A stretch of DNA of 25,113 nt, from assembly GCA_046861395.1 (NCBI GenBank), contig JBHHUC010000030.1, forward strand, positions 1 to 25,113, written 5' to 3'. Positions 24,713 to 25,113 of the stretch are shown here, piece by piece (positions within the stretch are counted from its first letter, which is position 1; each line of letters opens with the position of its first letter). The notes beneath the pieces are model-generated. The model ran no database searches. It was not told the DNA's origin and saw only the letters and a program-made list of their open reading frames with translations. Position numbers and translations under genes: made by a program. Origin of the DNA: Fidelibacterota bacterium. GTDB taxonomy: Bacteria; Fidelibacterota; Marinisomatia; Marinisomatales; JABMOV01.

Positions 24713-25113
24713 TTATTGGTTCAAGTTTCGTCTCAGGATCCGTAAAACATAGGTCAGGAAATCATGACGATCGAAATCATAATCTCGCTTCATTTCCTCC
24801 ACGCGAGTAAAAAAGCGTTGCAACAGGAAGAGTTCCTTTTCTTCCGTACTGCGTAATTTCCAGCCGTATTCCCGCCGCAAGATTCCCAGGGTCAGTCGTC
24901 CGTGCTGTTCCCGGCGTCGTTCATAGTCCTGATAACGTTCCACCAATGCAATCTGATCGATGACGGAAACGGCGTCCGGGGAATGGTCACAATAGAGATA
25001 CACCGTATTCATGGCCTGTTCCCAGTCTTCCGGTGTAAAGTTCCCACCGGTCTTAATATGGTGCAATCCGGCCAGGACATAGAGATCGGTCACCGGCAGG
25101 CGGGCCGTTTTAA
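24713..25113 (-). CDS. Hypothetical protein, probably 5'-truncated by the window edge
   Basis: The frame stays open from GTG 25093 to the window end (...KTARLP-VTDLYVLAGLHH...). Helical, protein-like composition; convergent with radC across a hairpin. Confidence 0.65.
   Translation of the reverse strand, partial: KTARLPVTDLYVLAGLHHIKTGGNFTPEDWEQAMNTVYLYCDHSPDAVSVIDQIALVERYQDYERRREQHGRLTLGILRREYGWKLRSTEEKELFLLQRFFTRVEEMKRDYDFDRHDFLTYVLRILRRNLNQ

Overview
Bacterial chromosomal window, mostly moderately GC-rich. The gene content suggests an FCB-group organism such as Ca. Neomarinimicrobiota, but this is inference only. Left to right: (1) a stand-alone type IV (MshA-like) pilin with a sigma-54-type promoter and an intrinsic terminator; (2) a tightly packed + strand operon of mostly envelope proteins: DUF4159, a large DUF4175-like membrane coiled-coil protein, a TPR protein, an exported class-I GATase-like protein (family often mislabelled 'asparagine synthetase B'), a GNAT, YjbQ and a trypsin-like lipoprotein; (3) a - strand block, read in transcription order: CHASE/PAS histidine kinase, recJ, fabH, M14 zinc carboxypeptidase, acyl-CoA dehydrogenase, 7TM-HD (PgpH-like) phosphohydrolase, ybeY, mazG; (4) an unusually long (~548 nt) type A RNase P RNA gene with an inverted pair of REP-like repeats built into P12 and a 123-nt insertion at P16/P17; (5) a C4 zinc-ribbon (DUF164) gene behind a structured, terminator-containing leader; (6) a three-gene cassette (small acidic protein, 34-aa ORF, short RadC/JAB); (7) a truncated ORF at the right edge. 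No CRISPR array, tRNA, rRNA, transposase or integrase was seen. All family calls come from motif recognition by eye, not from database searches.
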